The notes below the pieces were generated by a model. It did no database searches and was not told where the DNA came from. It saw nothing but the letters and a program-made list of their open reading frames with translations. This document shows positions 1 to 12,200 of a stretch of DNA of 64,000 nt, piece by piece (the first letter of the stretch is position 1; the number at the start of each line of letters is the position of its first letter). A program made the translations under genes and the position numbers. Where the stretch lies: IMG/VR virus record IMGVR_UViG_3300006615_000024; one strand, given 5' to 3'. Source of the stretch: a virus.

Positions 1-2889
1 GATAATACTTTAGATTTCCTAGAAACGACCTCAGATGTTGAGTTTTACTTTGATAGGAGTAGTGGATATAGAAACATTAACTTTCATAGAGGGTTTTTAC
101 TACATCCTCCTGTTAATACAGGGGTGTTTAGTCATCAAATACTAAGGAGAACTAGCAGTAGTTCTACTTTTTACGACCCTATGAATGTGATTCTACCATT
201 GATGATAGAGAATAAATCTGCTAGTAGTAACACAAGAGACATGAGATTTTCTCCTGCTCACAATATAGATGGTTGGGATGATACCGATGCAAGTCATTTG
301 ACTGACGATGAGGACATTGTTAGATTACACATGTCTAGAGTTGTAAGTGCTATGGTTGATAATTCGTTTGGGTTGGATACTCCTAATATTACTCAATCCG
401 ATGCAGAAGCATTAGGTATTGGTAGGACTCATGTATATGATAATTGCATGGGTCTTTTCCGAGAAGTAAAAGAATCAAGTTCGTCATCTTCAGATATATG
501 GCCTACCGATGTAACCCTAACAAGTTCACCAATGGGTTTTTCTGCCTATGGAGGTTCTGCTAGTAGAGAATATAATGACACTAAATCTGAGTTTTCTCTA
601 TACAGTATGACTAATGGAGGCACACCTGCAAGCGATATTAGTGCCACTCAAGACCAACATACTCCTGTAACTAGAGTTTATGATTTTACTAATACTGAAC
701 GCAACTTATTCTTTGCTAATAATGCAAATGTTTCAGAAGGAGATGAAGTAACCGCTTCTACACAATATGAAGTATCACTATTGGGTACTAAAACCAAAGC
801 ATATGCTTTTGATAAGGTTGCAAATTATAATAGAAATATTAGTAGTAATAGAGCATTAAATCACCATACTGGTACACTACATAATACAGGTAAAATGTAT
901 TCATCACAATATATTGTAAAGCCTACTTTTGATTTAACAGGGAATACAGGAGTTGTGGTTTATACTAACAACAAGACTATTACCTTCACATTGAATGATA
1001 GTTCCACACACACTTGGTTAAGTTTTATGCCTGATTTGAAAGGATATTATTTAGTCTCTGAGAAGTTTGTTGATGGTGATACACTAAGCAATGCTTCTCA
1101 TCATGGAGTCCCTGCATACATAGGTAAAATAATTAGCCATACAATAAGCACTGCTCCTAGTACTAGCAACTATGAAACCCACACTATTGAATTAGATTTA
1201 CATTTAAAAAATGGGTCAACGATAGGCAATGGTGAAGCACCTACACACGGAGCAAAGTATCGTTTAATGAGAATATCAGAAACAACGTTTGAGGATACTC
1301 CTGAAAAAATAGAGTTTAATGTAATGAATGATAGTGGATTAAAATATACAACGTTCCCAGTTAATTTTAGAAAGGGTAGTGGTGATAGTAAGGACACAAC
1401 TAACAATAAAACCTTCCAAGAGGCAGTATATTCAATGTATCTAAAACTAGATGTTGATAACACTATTAGTACTGCTGACCCTTTTATTGATTCTAGAGCA
1501 ACTTCTAATGCAGTTAGGGGATTTGTTGACGGAGAAGTAATAGATGTTTTTGTTACAGATGGTGTACATAAACAAAGAAAACAAATGACAGTCTCGTTAA
1601 CTAGAAATAAAAAACTCAGTAATGCTACTGAAGAATGTTTAGTTTTAACTTATGAGGGAGATTTAACAGGTAATGGGGTAGTGTCTTGTGGGGAAGTATT
1701 TGATGTCACGATAGGTAAGAAACCTAAACTGCAAAATGTGAAAAGATGCTATATTGGAACTACATATGATATTGGTTCTAATATTGATACTGAGTTAGCA
1801 AACATAGTAAAAAGTGCAGGATTGGAATATGATGAAACAAAGAGTACTTCTGTATTTACCACTAACATAGTAAATAGTAATGGAACAAATACAGTTGTCT
1901 GTTTAGATAGTGTAGTTGGTTTGGATAGTGGAGATGTGATATATACTCAAGAAGGACATTTAATTGGTGAAATATTATCAATAAATAACCAAACAATAAC
2001 CTTCGCTTCCGGTGGAAAATACTATTCTCCTCCTCAATATTCTGCTATCATAAAATACAACAAGAAAACATTCGTTACTAATTTGACATTTAGTAATACA
2101 GATTTGTATGGAGCAATTAATTCCTTGACTAATAAGAAAGGTTTGGACTATAAGATAAAGGGAAAGAAAATAATATTTAGAGACTCTGATGATAAAACAG
2201 GGTTGAAGATAAAACAGATTAAGTTTGAGAATCTAGCAGGAATAGAACCAATACAAAATAATACTTCTCTCTTTGATAAAGTAAGTAAAGTAGTTGTTAA
2301 TGGAGACGGTGTATCTCATACGATGGTTAGTAATAAAGTTAGGAATATGAAAACACTAACAGTAAATGATTCTACTATTAAAACACAAGAAGAAGCAATG
2401 ATAGAAGCAAGTAAAAAACTACAACTTCACAGTGGAGAAGCAAGAAAGATAACACTACAAATTAACAAAGAAGGATTTGAGTTGTTAGAAGCGGGTGATA
2501 TAGTAGTATTAGACTTCCCAACCTACAATATACCATATGGAGAATATGTAATATTTGAAATAGAAAACGTACTAGGTATGATACTAACAATGACAGTTGG
2601 TACATATAGTAAAGGCATTGCAGAAAGATTATCGGAAATAACCGAAGCAAGTAGAAATGATACTTCACACTTACTGACAGTTGACGCTATTGCGGCAACA
2701 AGCGGCAATTCACTATTCGATAACTTGAAGTTAAGGGTTTCTTCGATAGAGTACAAGGTAGTGGGGGAGACACGCAATGCTAACATGGGTTTTGACGATA
2801 TACTTGGGTTTACAGAAACTGTTGGGTTTGAAACTACCTTTACAGGTATAAGTGCAGTAAAGAAGGAATATAGAGAAAGTTTTGATTGA
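1..2889 (+). CDS. Tail/baseplate hub-like structural protein, 5'-truncated by the window
   Basis: Frame 1 is open from base 1. The C-terminal DSTIKTQEEAMIEASKKL...LLEAGDIVVLDFP...YVIFEIEN pattern resembles phage tail hub/late-control-D proteins. It lies directly upstream of the fibre genes. Confidence 0.6.
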   Translation, partial: DNTLDFLETTSDVEFYFDRSSGYRNINFHRGFLLHPPVNTGVFSHQILRRTSSSSTFYDPMNVILPLMIENKSASSNTRDMRFSPAHNIDGWDDTDASHLTDDEDIVRLHMSRVVSAMVDNSFGLDTPNITQSDAEALGIGRTHVYDNCMGLFREVKESSSSSSDIWPTDVTLTSSPMGFSAYGGSASREYNDTKSEFSLYSMTNGGTPASDISATQDQHTPVTRVYDFTNTERNLFFANNANVSEGDEVTASTQYEVSLLGTKTKAYAFDKVANYNRNISSNRALNHHTGTLHNTGKMYSSQYIVKPTFDLTGNTGVVVYTNNKTITFTLNDSSTHTWLSFMPDLKGYYLVSEKFVDGDTLSNASHHGVPAYIGKIISHTISTAPSTSNYETHTIELDLHLKNGSTIGNGEAPTHGAKYRLMRISETTFEDTPEKIEFNVMNDSGLKYTTFPVNFRKGSGDSKDTTNNKTFQEAVYSMYLKLDVDNTISTADPFIDSRATSNAVRGFVDGEVIDVFVTDGVHKQRKQMTVSLTRNKKLSNATEECLVLTYEGDLTGNGVVSCGEVFDVTIGKKPKLQNVKRCYIGTTYDIGSNIDTELANIVKSAGLEYDETKSTSVFTTNIVNSNGTNTVVCLDSVVGLDSGDVIYTQEGHLIGEILSINNQTITFASGGKYYSPPQYSAIIKYNKKTFVTNLTFSNTDLYGAINSLTNKKGLDYKIKGKKIIFRDSDDKTGLKIKQIKFENLAGIEPIQNNTSLFDKVSKVVVNGDGVSHTMVSNKVRNMKTLTVNDSTIKTQEEAMIEASKKLQLHSGEARKITLQINKEGFELLEAGDIVVLDFPTYNIPYGEYVIFEIENVLGMILTMTVGTYSKGIAERLSEITEASRNDTSHLLTVDAIAATSGNSLFDNLKLRVSSIEYKVVGETRNANMGFDDILGFTETVGFETTFTGISAVKKEYRESFD

Positions 2890-2900
2890 GGAGAGATAAT

Positions 2901-3242
2901 ATGACACCAATAAACGGATTATTAGATGTAGCAGACTACATTGTAGCACAATATACTAAAGTGAAAATAGGAACAGGTGGTTCTCCTACTTCTTTTTCTG
3001 ATGCAACATTAGATTCTTTTGTAGCGCAAAAGACAGTTGTTCCTTCTGTTAATAGAGCAAATGGAACAATGTCTTGGGTTGCTGAGTTTACTGGTTCTGA
3101 AATAGGTAATGAAGGTGTAGCAGAACTAGGAATATTCAAGGCTTCAGACGATACACTATTGAGCCGAGTCACCTTCACAAATACAGGAGTGTTGGCATCG
3201 GCTGATACTTTGACCTTTACAATTGAGATGGAGATGGCATAA
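2901..3242 (+). CDS. Tail-collar/baseplate fibre-attachment-like small protein
   Basis: KVKIGTGG...VAELGIFK...TLLSRVTF motif resembles the fibre N-terminal collar domain. The ATG at 2901 follows GAGGAG (the track starts at 2886). Confidence 0.5.
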   Translation: MTPINGLLDVADYIVAQYTKVKIGTGGSPTSFSDATLDSFVAQKTVVPSVNRANGTMSWVAEFTGSEIGNEGVAELGIFKASDDTLLSRVTFTNTGVLASADTLTFTIEMEMA

Positions 3243-6200
3243 TGACTACAAGTGCAAGGACTAATCCTAATTTTATTAGCACTCTTACTTTAACTGCTAG
3301 TAACCAAGATAGATTGACAGATGGTACTGATAACATTCACAGTGCTATTATCAACAGTCTTAATATTGCTAGTGGTGGCAATAGAATAGTTAGAGGGTTT
3401 GACATTACACTAAGTGATGCAGATACTTATACAAGATATACACTGGGTAATAATAACTTCTTTCTAAGAGATGGAATATTGACACAAATTGCAAATGGTG
3501 AACATACTAATCAAACAGTACACATGCAAAGCACTAGTGATAACACATATGCTGTATTAGTGATTGCCGCAGATAACACACTTGCTATTAGAAATCACAC
3601 TATTAAAGACAAAGTAGCCCCTTTAACTAATGATGATATACCAATAGCGGTAATAGAAATAGCAGGTAATAGTGCGCCTGACGCTGTTACTAGAAAGGTA
3701 CAATATTTAGGATATGAACAAACGAATCAAGGGCTTAGTATAATAGATAACAATACTGAAACTATACGAATAAATAAAGAAGGAACTATCACAAAAGGTT
3801 CAGGAACATTAACCCTACCTTCTACAACAGGAACAATAGCACTTACTGGAACTACCATAGCGAAAACAGCAAGTGATTCTGATGCTGATGCTATTAAGTC
3901 GTTAGTTAGTTCTGCTAGTGATTCAAATGTATTCACAGACGCAGACCACACTAAACTGAATGCTATTGCCGCCAATGCAAACAATTACTCTCTTCCTACT
4001 GCCGCCGCTAATACTCTTGGTGGAATTAAAGTAGGAACTAACTTAAGCATAAGTGGTAGTGGTGTACTATCTTCTACTGATACCAATACTCAAAGAAGCG
4101 ATACAGAAATTAAAAACTTAGTTGGAGGAATGTTTTCCAGTAATACAGAAACAGGAATAAATGCAGTATATCAAAGTAGTGATGGTACTATTGATTTGAC
4201 TATTACTGGTGGTGATGATGATGTAAGTGTAACTAATTTAGAAACTAGACTTGCTCAGATAAACACTGCTACCACTATCGGTAATGGTGTTGCGTTAACA
4301 ACAGGTGGAGATTTAACAGTTACAGGTGATTTAACAGTAAGTGGTAGTACTACAACTTTAGATGTAACTAATTTAGCAATAGAAGATAATACAATTTTAT
4401 TAAATAAAAACCAAGCAGGTAATTCTACAACTAATGCAGGTATAGAAGTCGAAAGAGGAAACTATACTAATGTACAACTAAAGTGGAATGAAACATCCGA
4501 CAGGTGGACATTTACTAATGATGGTAATAACTACTTTAACATACCAATTACATCTGAACTAGCAAATCCATATACCCATCCTAGTTACTCAACAACTAAC
4601 ATAAACACTAGTGGAGCAATAATAATAGATAACATTAGCACTAACAGCACTGGTCATATTACAGCAATGGGAACTAGAACTTTATCTCTAGCAGATTTAG
4701 GATATACTGGTTCTACTGATGCTAATACATATGTTCATCCTAACCATAGTGGTGATGTAACATCTAGTGCAGACGGGGCTACTACTATTGCAAGTAATGC
4801 CGTAACAACTGCTAAGATAAATAACAGCGCAGTAACAACATCAAAGATTGCTAATAATGCGATTACTAACGTTAAAGTAGATTCTAATGCGGCTATTGCT
4901 CAGAGTAAAATTGATGGGTTAGTATCTGCTCTTAGTGGCAAAGAACCCTCTCTTACAATTAGTGATGGTCTTGATAGAACTGGTGCTACCTTAAAGTTGG
5001 ATATATCAGGTTTATCTAATGAAAACGGAATTGATAGAACTGCTGATTTCGTTGCTTTCCATGATAATTCTGTTGGGTTGAAAAAAGTAAACCTAGCAAA
5101 TATATTTGCTAAACTAACTGCTGGTGATATTCCTAATCTAGACGGTTCATATCGGGCAGTTGGAACACAAATAGTAAATGCAGATATAAGTAATGGGGCT
5201 AATATTAGTGCAGATAAGATTGCATCAGGAACTACTAATAAAGTATTCACAAGCACTCTAGAATCAAAACTTTCAGGTATTGAAGCAGGGGCGGAAGTGA
5301 ATGTTAATGCAGATTGGAACTCAGGTAGTGGAGATTCGCAGATATTAAACAAACCAACAATACCAAGTGGTAATCAGATAATTGATTGGACTGCTAATGG
5401 AGCAGGTACTATTCATGCTTCTAATTATGTGAATACTCAATACACAGTAGGAGATGGTGGATTATCACAAAAGAACTTTACAACTGCTCTTTATGATAAG
5501 TTAGTCGGTGTAGCCGCTAATGCTAACAACTTTTCTCTAACCACAGGTTCAGTTACTAATGCTCATCTTGCAGGTAGTATTGCTAACTCTAAGTTAGATG
5601 ATATAGCACAAAGTAAAGTTACTGGATTAACAACTGCTCTTAACTCAAAGGTAGAGAACTTAAGCGACTTGAGTATTACTGCTTCTGCGGCTGAACTAAA
5701 CATACTAGATGGTGTTAGTGGTGTAAGTTCTACTGAGATAGGACACTTAGATGGTGTTACTTCTTCCATACAAACCCAACTTAACTCTAAATTAAGTTCA
5801 CTTGCATTAGCCGGATTAACAGATGTTAGTTCTTTTGATACAAGCATAAGCAGTGGTGCTTCAGGAAGTGGAATACCAAGTACACTAGCGGTTAAAACAT
5901 ATGTTGATGGAAAGGCAACTGTTGACACTACTTATTCAATAGTAACTGAGAATGGTTTAGATGGTAGTGGTAATAATGACCCTGCGGTTAAAACAATTAG
6001 ATTAACAGATAACACTAGTGGTACAGGTAGTGTATTCCATTTAGCAATGGGAGCAGGTCTTGGTATCTCAAGAAATGCAGAAAGTAATACTCTTACTCTT
6101 ACTAACACAGGTAGCACGTTAAGTAAGTCAACGCTGTCTCCTGTTCTTGCTAGTTATAATGGAACAGAAACTCTGAATATAGGAGATACAGATAATGATA

Positions 6201-9200
6201 CTACGGTTAACATTAGAGGTAATTTAAATGTTTTAGGAACTACTACCACTGTAAATCAAACTGAAGTTAATGTACAGAATGCATTTGTGTTTGAAGGGGC
6301 TGTTGATAACGATTTCGAAACTACTCTATCTATTGCAGAACCAACTGCTGATAGAACAATAACTCTTCCTGACATAACAGGTACTCTAATTACATCAGCA
6401 GACACTGGGACTATCTCTAATGGGATGATAGCATCAACTGCTATAACTAGTGCAAAGATTGGTACTAACGCTGTCTTAACAAGTAAGATTAATGCAAGTG
6501 CTGTAACCACTGCTAAGTTAGCAAGTAATGCAGTTACTAATGCTAAACTTGCTGATGATGCGGTGCAAACAGATAGTATTGCTGATGGAGCAGTTACAGT
6601 TGGTAAGATAACAGGGCTTACTGATTTAGGTAGTGGGACAGTAATTAGTTCAACAGAGAGAACTAAACTGTCAGGCATTGAAGCGTCAGCAGATGTAACA
6701 GATGCAACTAATGTTACGGCGGCAGGGGCTGTAATGGATGGAGACTTTACTAGTAACGGATTCATGAAAAGAACAGGAGCAGGAAGTTACACTGTTGACA
6801 ACAGCAATTATCTAACTTCACTATCTGTTACTGGGCTTTCAGATATTAATGATTTTGATTTAGACTTAAGCAGTGTTAGTGCATCACACGATAGTTTAGC
6901 GTCTGCTAAAGCAATTAAAGCATATGTAGATGCTAATGGAGGAGGAGGTTCATTCAATTCTTTCAATATTAAAGACGGCGTTGGAACTACTGTCAATGTT
7001 ACAGATGGTAAGTTTGTTCAGTTTGCACAAGGAACAGGTATTACTGCAACATGGACTGACACTAACAGTGGAGCATCAACTGACCCATTTGACCTTACAT
7101 TAGTTAATACTGGTGTTCTTTCTAATGTAGCAGGTACGGGTATTGGGGTTAGTGGTGCAACTGGCAATGTAACTATCACTAATACAGACTTAGGTTCTGC
7201 ACAAAATATATTCAAAACAATAGCGGTTAGTGGGCAAGACAACATTGTTGCAGATTCAAATACTGATACACTAACACTAGTAGGTGGTGCTAATGTAAAC
7301 ATAACTACAACAGCAGGTTCTGATACAATTACTATTACTTCTACTGATACAGATACTCATCTAACTCAAGAAGAAGTTGAAGATTACGTTAGTGGGCTAA
7401 TTACAGCAGGTAGTAATATAACTGTACAATATACAGATAATGCAGGTAGTGCAGGTTCACTAAGTATTGCAGGAACAGCCAACGATGATGTATCAATTGA
7501 TAACCTAAAGGCTAGACTAAACTCTGATTTTGGTGGAGATTATACAATAGGTAGTCAGGCTGATGATACCCTAACAGTAAGTGGTTCTCTTACAGTTGGT
7601 GCAGATTTAATTGTTAGTGGGGATACTATAACAATGAACACTTCTACTTTAACAGTAGAAGACCCTTTGATTGCTTTAGGAAGTAATAATACCGCAGATG
7701 CAGTTGACTTAGGTTTCTATGGTAAATATGTTGATGGTAGTACTATCAAATATACAGGGTTGTTTAGAGATACATCAGATAGTAACAAGTGGAAGTTATT
7801 TACTGATACAGGTAATACTCATGCCGCCCCTACTACTACGGTTAATACAACAAGTGGTTTTACTTTAGGTACATTAGTAGCCGCTACTTTTGAAGGTGGT
7901 TTAACAGGTAACGCTACAACTGCAAGTACTTTGGCAACTGCTAGAACAATAGCAGGAGTTTCGTTCAACGGTTCAGCCGACATTAACATACCAATAAACA
8001 ACTTAACAGGAACATTAACTGCGGCAAATGGTGGTACTGGGTTAACATCCATTTCTACATTATTAAACAGTAATGTATCATTAGCGGTTGCAGACTTATC
8101 TGATATTGCTTCACTTGATACTGATATAAGTTCAGTTAGTAGTAGTGATGATACCCTTGCTTCTGCTAAGGCTATCAAAACCTATGTAGATGCTCAGTTT
8201 GCAGGAGCAGGTTCAGGAGATATGACTGGTGTTGATATTACAGCAGGAGACGCAATAACAGTATCTCAAAGTAATACAACAGCAGGAAATTACACTGCTA
8301 CAATAAGTGTATCAGGATTAGGTGTTGCACAATTAGCAGGAAGTGCATTACAATTAAGTTCTGAATCATTCAATAATAACGATACAAGTCTTATGACTTC
8401 TGCCGCCATTGAAGATAAGATTCTGTCTTATGGATATGGTGTGGGAACAGGTGATGGAGATATTACTAGTGTAGTCGCCGGAGTAGGTTTGAGTGGAGGA
8501 GCGACTACTGGTGACGCTACACTTAACCTTGACTTTTCTGAACTAACAGATATGACAGGAGACATAGCAGGAACTACTGAGTTTATCATACAAGATGGAA
8601 CTACTGAATCTAGAAAGGCGGCTTCAGAGATTAAACTGTCTTACTTCAATAATGATTCTAATTGGAATAACTATGTTCATCCAACGGGAGCAGGGAACAA
8701 CCATATTCCAACAGGAGGTTCAGCAGGACAATTCCTAAAGTACAGTTCTTCGGGTACTGCTTCTTGGGCTACACCATCTTACACAACAGAGGAACAAATA
8801 GAAGATTTCATTGCGGCAATGATTACTGCGGGAACAAATATAACTAGTACATATGATGATACTGCGGGAACACTAACACTATCTTCAACTGATACTAATA
8901 CTCAACTATCTGATGCTCAAGTAATTGCTAAGACTTTAACAGGTTTAAGCACAGCAACAGGTGGAGCAGTTGCCTCATCTGATTCTATACTGGTGGCGTT
9001 TGGCAAGTTAGAAAAGAGAGTAGCACTAAACGATGCTAAAACAACTAACTCTGACACTACTTACAGTGAAGCAACAAGTTCCGACTTAGGTCTAGTTAAG
9101 ATTGGCTACACTGAATCGGGTAAGAATTACCCAGTTGAATTATCATCAGGTCAGATGTTTGTTAACGTCCCTTGGACTGATACCAACACCAATCTAAACC

Positions 9201-12200
9201 TATTAAACGATGGTACTTTATCTGCTAATAGTGCTACTTCTGCGGCTAGTCAACAGTCAATTAAAACATATGTTGATACTTCAGTTGCTAATTTAGTTGC
9301 TTCTGCTCCTGAAGCATTGGATACTCTAAATGAACTAGCAGTTGCCTTACAATCTAACGATTCAGATATTACTGGTATTACTACTGCTTTAGGTAACAGA
9401 CTCAGAATTGATGTTAACAACCAAGGTTTATCTTCTACACAACAAGGATATGCATTAGATAACTTAGGTATTACTGCATCATTAACAGAATTAAACATAC
9501 TTGATGGTGGGTTATCTGCTTCTGATATTCCAAATATAGGAGCAGGAAAAATTACTAGTGGAACATTGAGCCGAAACACAACAGGAACTGCGGCAGGACT
9601 TTCATCAACATTAGCAATATCAAGTGGAGGAACAGGAGCAACTTCTGCACCAATGATTGGAGTAGTTACTGCGGCTAATGCGGGTGCGGCGAGAACAGTA
9701 TTAGGATTAGGAACAGCATCAACATTATCAGGTACAGGTGCAGTTGCTAACGGTAATGCAGGGTTAGTAACAGGAGATGTTGTCTTTGATTACATAGCGG
9801 CACAGAACTTTGCATCTAGTGGTGCGTCTAACTTTGTTGTTGGGGATATAACAGGACAGTCTGCATTAACAAGTGGACTTCATGCGACACAAGATGAACT
9901 TGTTATTAGCGATAATGGCGCACTAAAGAAGGTGGGTATTGGTGTATTGCAAACTTATATGCAAAACTCATTAACATTCACAACAGATACTCAAAGAACC
10001 GCAGGAGCATTATTGGACTTAAACGGCAATGCGTTGGATGTTGACTTGTCTGAATTGACTGATATGACAGAAGATTGGACAGCATCAGAAGATGAGTTTG
10101 TAGTATTGGATAATGGTGTCCAAAAGAGAAAACTATCTTCAGAACTATTCGGTTCTAACGCATTCAACTCAACTGCATATCTAACAGCACACCCTAACAT
10201 TAGTGCGGCTACTTCAGTAGATAATAGTGGTAGAACATACATACAAGATATTACTCTTGATAGTAATGGACATATTACTGGAATTGTTTCTGCTACTGAA
10301 ACTGTTACTGACAGTGGTAATACTACTTACGGTATTTCTGCTGTTGATGGTGATAACACTGATGAAGAAAAGATTCGATTAACTGGTAGTGATTCTAGTA
10401 CTGATGATGTAGTACTTGAAGCGGGTACTGGATTAAGTGTTGCTCGTAGTGGAGATAAGATTACTTTTACAAATACTTCTCCTAATGTATCTACTAACTT
10501 ATCAGTGAGTAGAGATGGAACTAAATTACATGTTGTATCATCTGACGGTAATAATGCCGAACTACCTTTAGCAGATACAAATAATTGGGGTGTTATGTCT
10601 GATGAAATGTTTGATAAACTAGATGGTATAGAAGCATCAGCAACGGCTGACCAAACTGCTTCTGAGATTACTGCCTTGTTGAATAGTGTAGCAAGTTATA
10701 CTCTAGGAACAAATGCAGGAACAATTACAGTAGGTAATGACTTAACTGTTGCAGGGGATTTAATAGTTAGCGGAACAACAAGCACAATTAATACTGCTAC
10801 TGTTGAAGTAGAAGATAACATTCTACAATTGAATACTACACAAGGTACTCCTGATACTGCTACTGCGACTACAAGCGGTATAAGCGTTTATCGTGGTAAT
10901 GGTGTAACTCAAGCATCTCTTATCTTTGATGATGCTGATGATACTTGGGATTTGACAAATGCTCTTACTGTTGCAGGTACGAATGGAGTAACTCTTGATT
11001 CGGGTTCTATTAAAATTAAAAATAGTGGCGCACAGTCTTTTATTGATTTCTATTGTGAAGTATCAAATCTACATTATTTGAGATTACAAGCACCTGCTCA
11101 TTCATCATTTAGCGGTAATCCTACTGTTACTTTACCCGCTACGGCAGGGACATTAGCATTAACAAGCGGTAATGTGGCTACTGCTACTAAGATTGCTTCT
11201 ATAACAAATAGCAATATTGTTCAATTAACCGATGCTCAAACATTAACAAATAAAACAATTAATGCGAGTAATAATACTCTAAGTAATATTGCTAATAGTG
11301 CTTTAACTAATAGTGCTATTACTATTGATGGAACATCTGTTTCTCTTGGTGGAAGTGTCACCACTAATAATGATAATACGTTTAGAACAATAGAGTTAGA
11401 TACAAATGGTAATGGTTCTGCTAATAATACTCTAACTGCAACTGAAACACTAAGACTAAAGAAAGGCAGTAATATAACTTTAGCAGAAACAGATGGTGTT
11501 GTAACTATTTCTTCTGCTAATACTGTTTACTCCCATCCTACACATGATGGAGATGATATTAGTATAGATACAGGTGCTTTAACAGGTGCAACCGTTATAT
11601 CAGATTTAGATTTTAATGTAACTACTGATACATTAGGACACGTTACAGATGCTAATGCTACAATAGCAACAAGAAACTTAACATTAGCAAACTTAGGCTT
11701 TACAGGAGATGCCGATGCTACTGATGACCAAACCGCAGTAGAGATAATTACATTATTAAACTCAGATTTAGGTGGTGATTTTACAATAGGAAACCAAGCA
11801 GATGATATTGCTACATTTACAGGTCATGTTTCTGTTGGGGGTAATTTAACAGTAACAGGCACAGTAACTACAAACAATGTAGAAACTGTAAGCACAAGTA
11901 ATGGTGTTATCTTTGAAGGCTCAGGTAATGCTGATACTGAAATCACACTAAAGGGAGGAACAGTCAGTGGTAATGATAAAACAATCTTCCTACCTAATGC
12001 AGATGGAACAGTTGCATTAACAAGTCAATTACATGATGCGGTTACTTTAGGAAATACAAACTATCTCAGCATTTCAGGACAAGTGATTACTGGTGGAACT
12101 GTTCCTGTTACAAGTGGTGGAACTGGTTCTACTTCTGCTCCTATGGTTGGTGTGATTACTGCGGTAAACCAAGCGGCGGCAAGAACTGCATTGGGGTTAG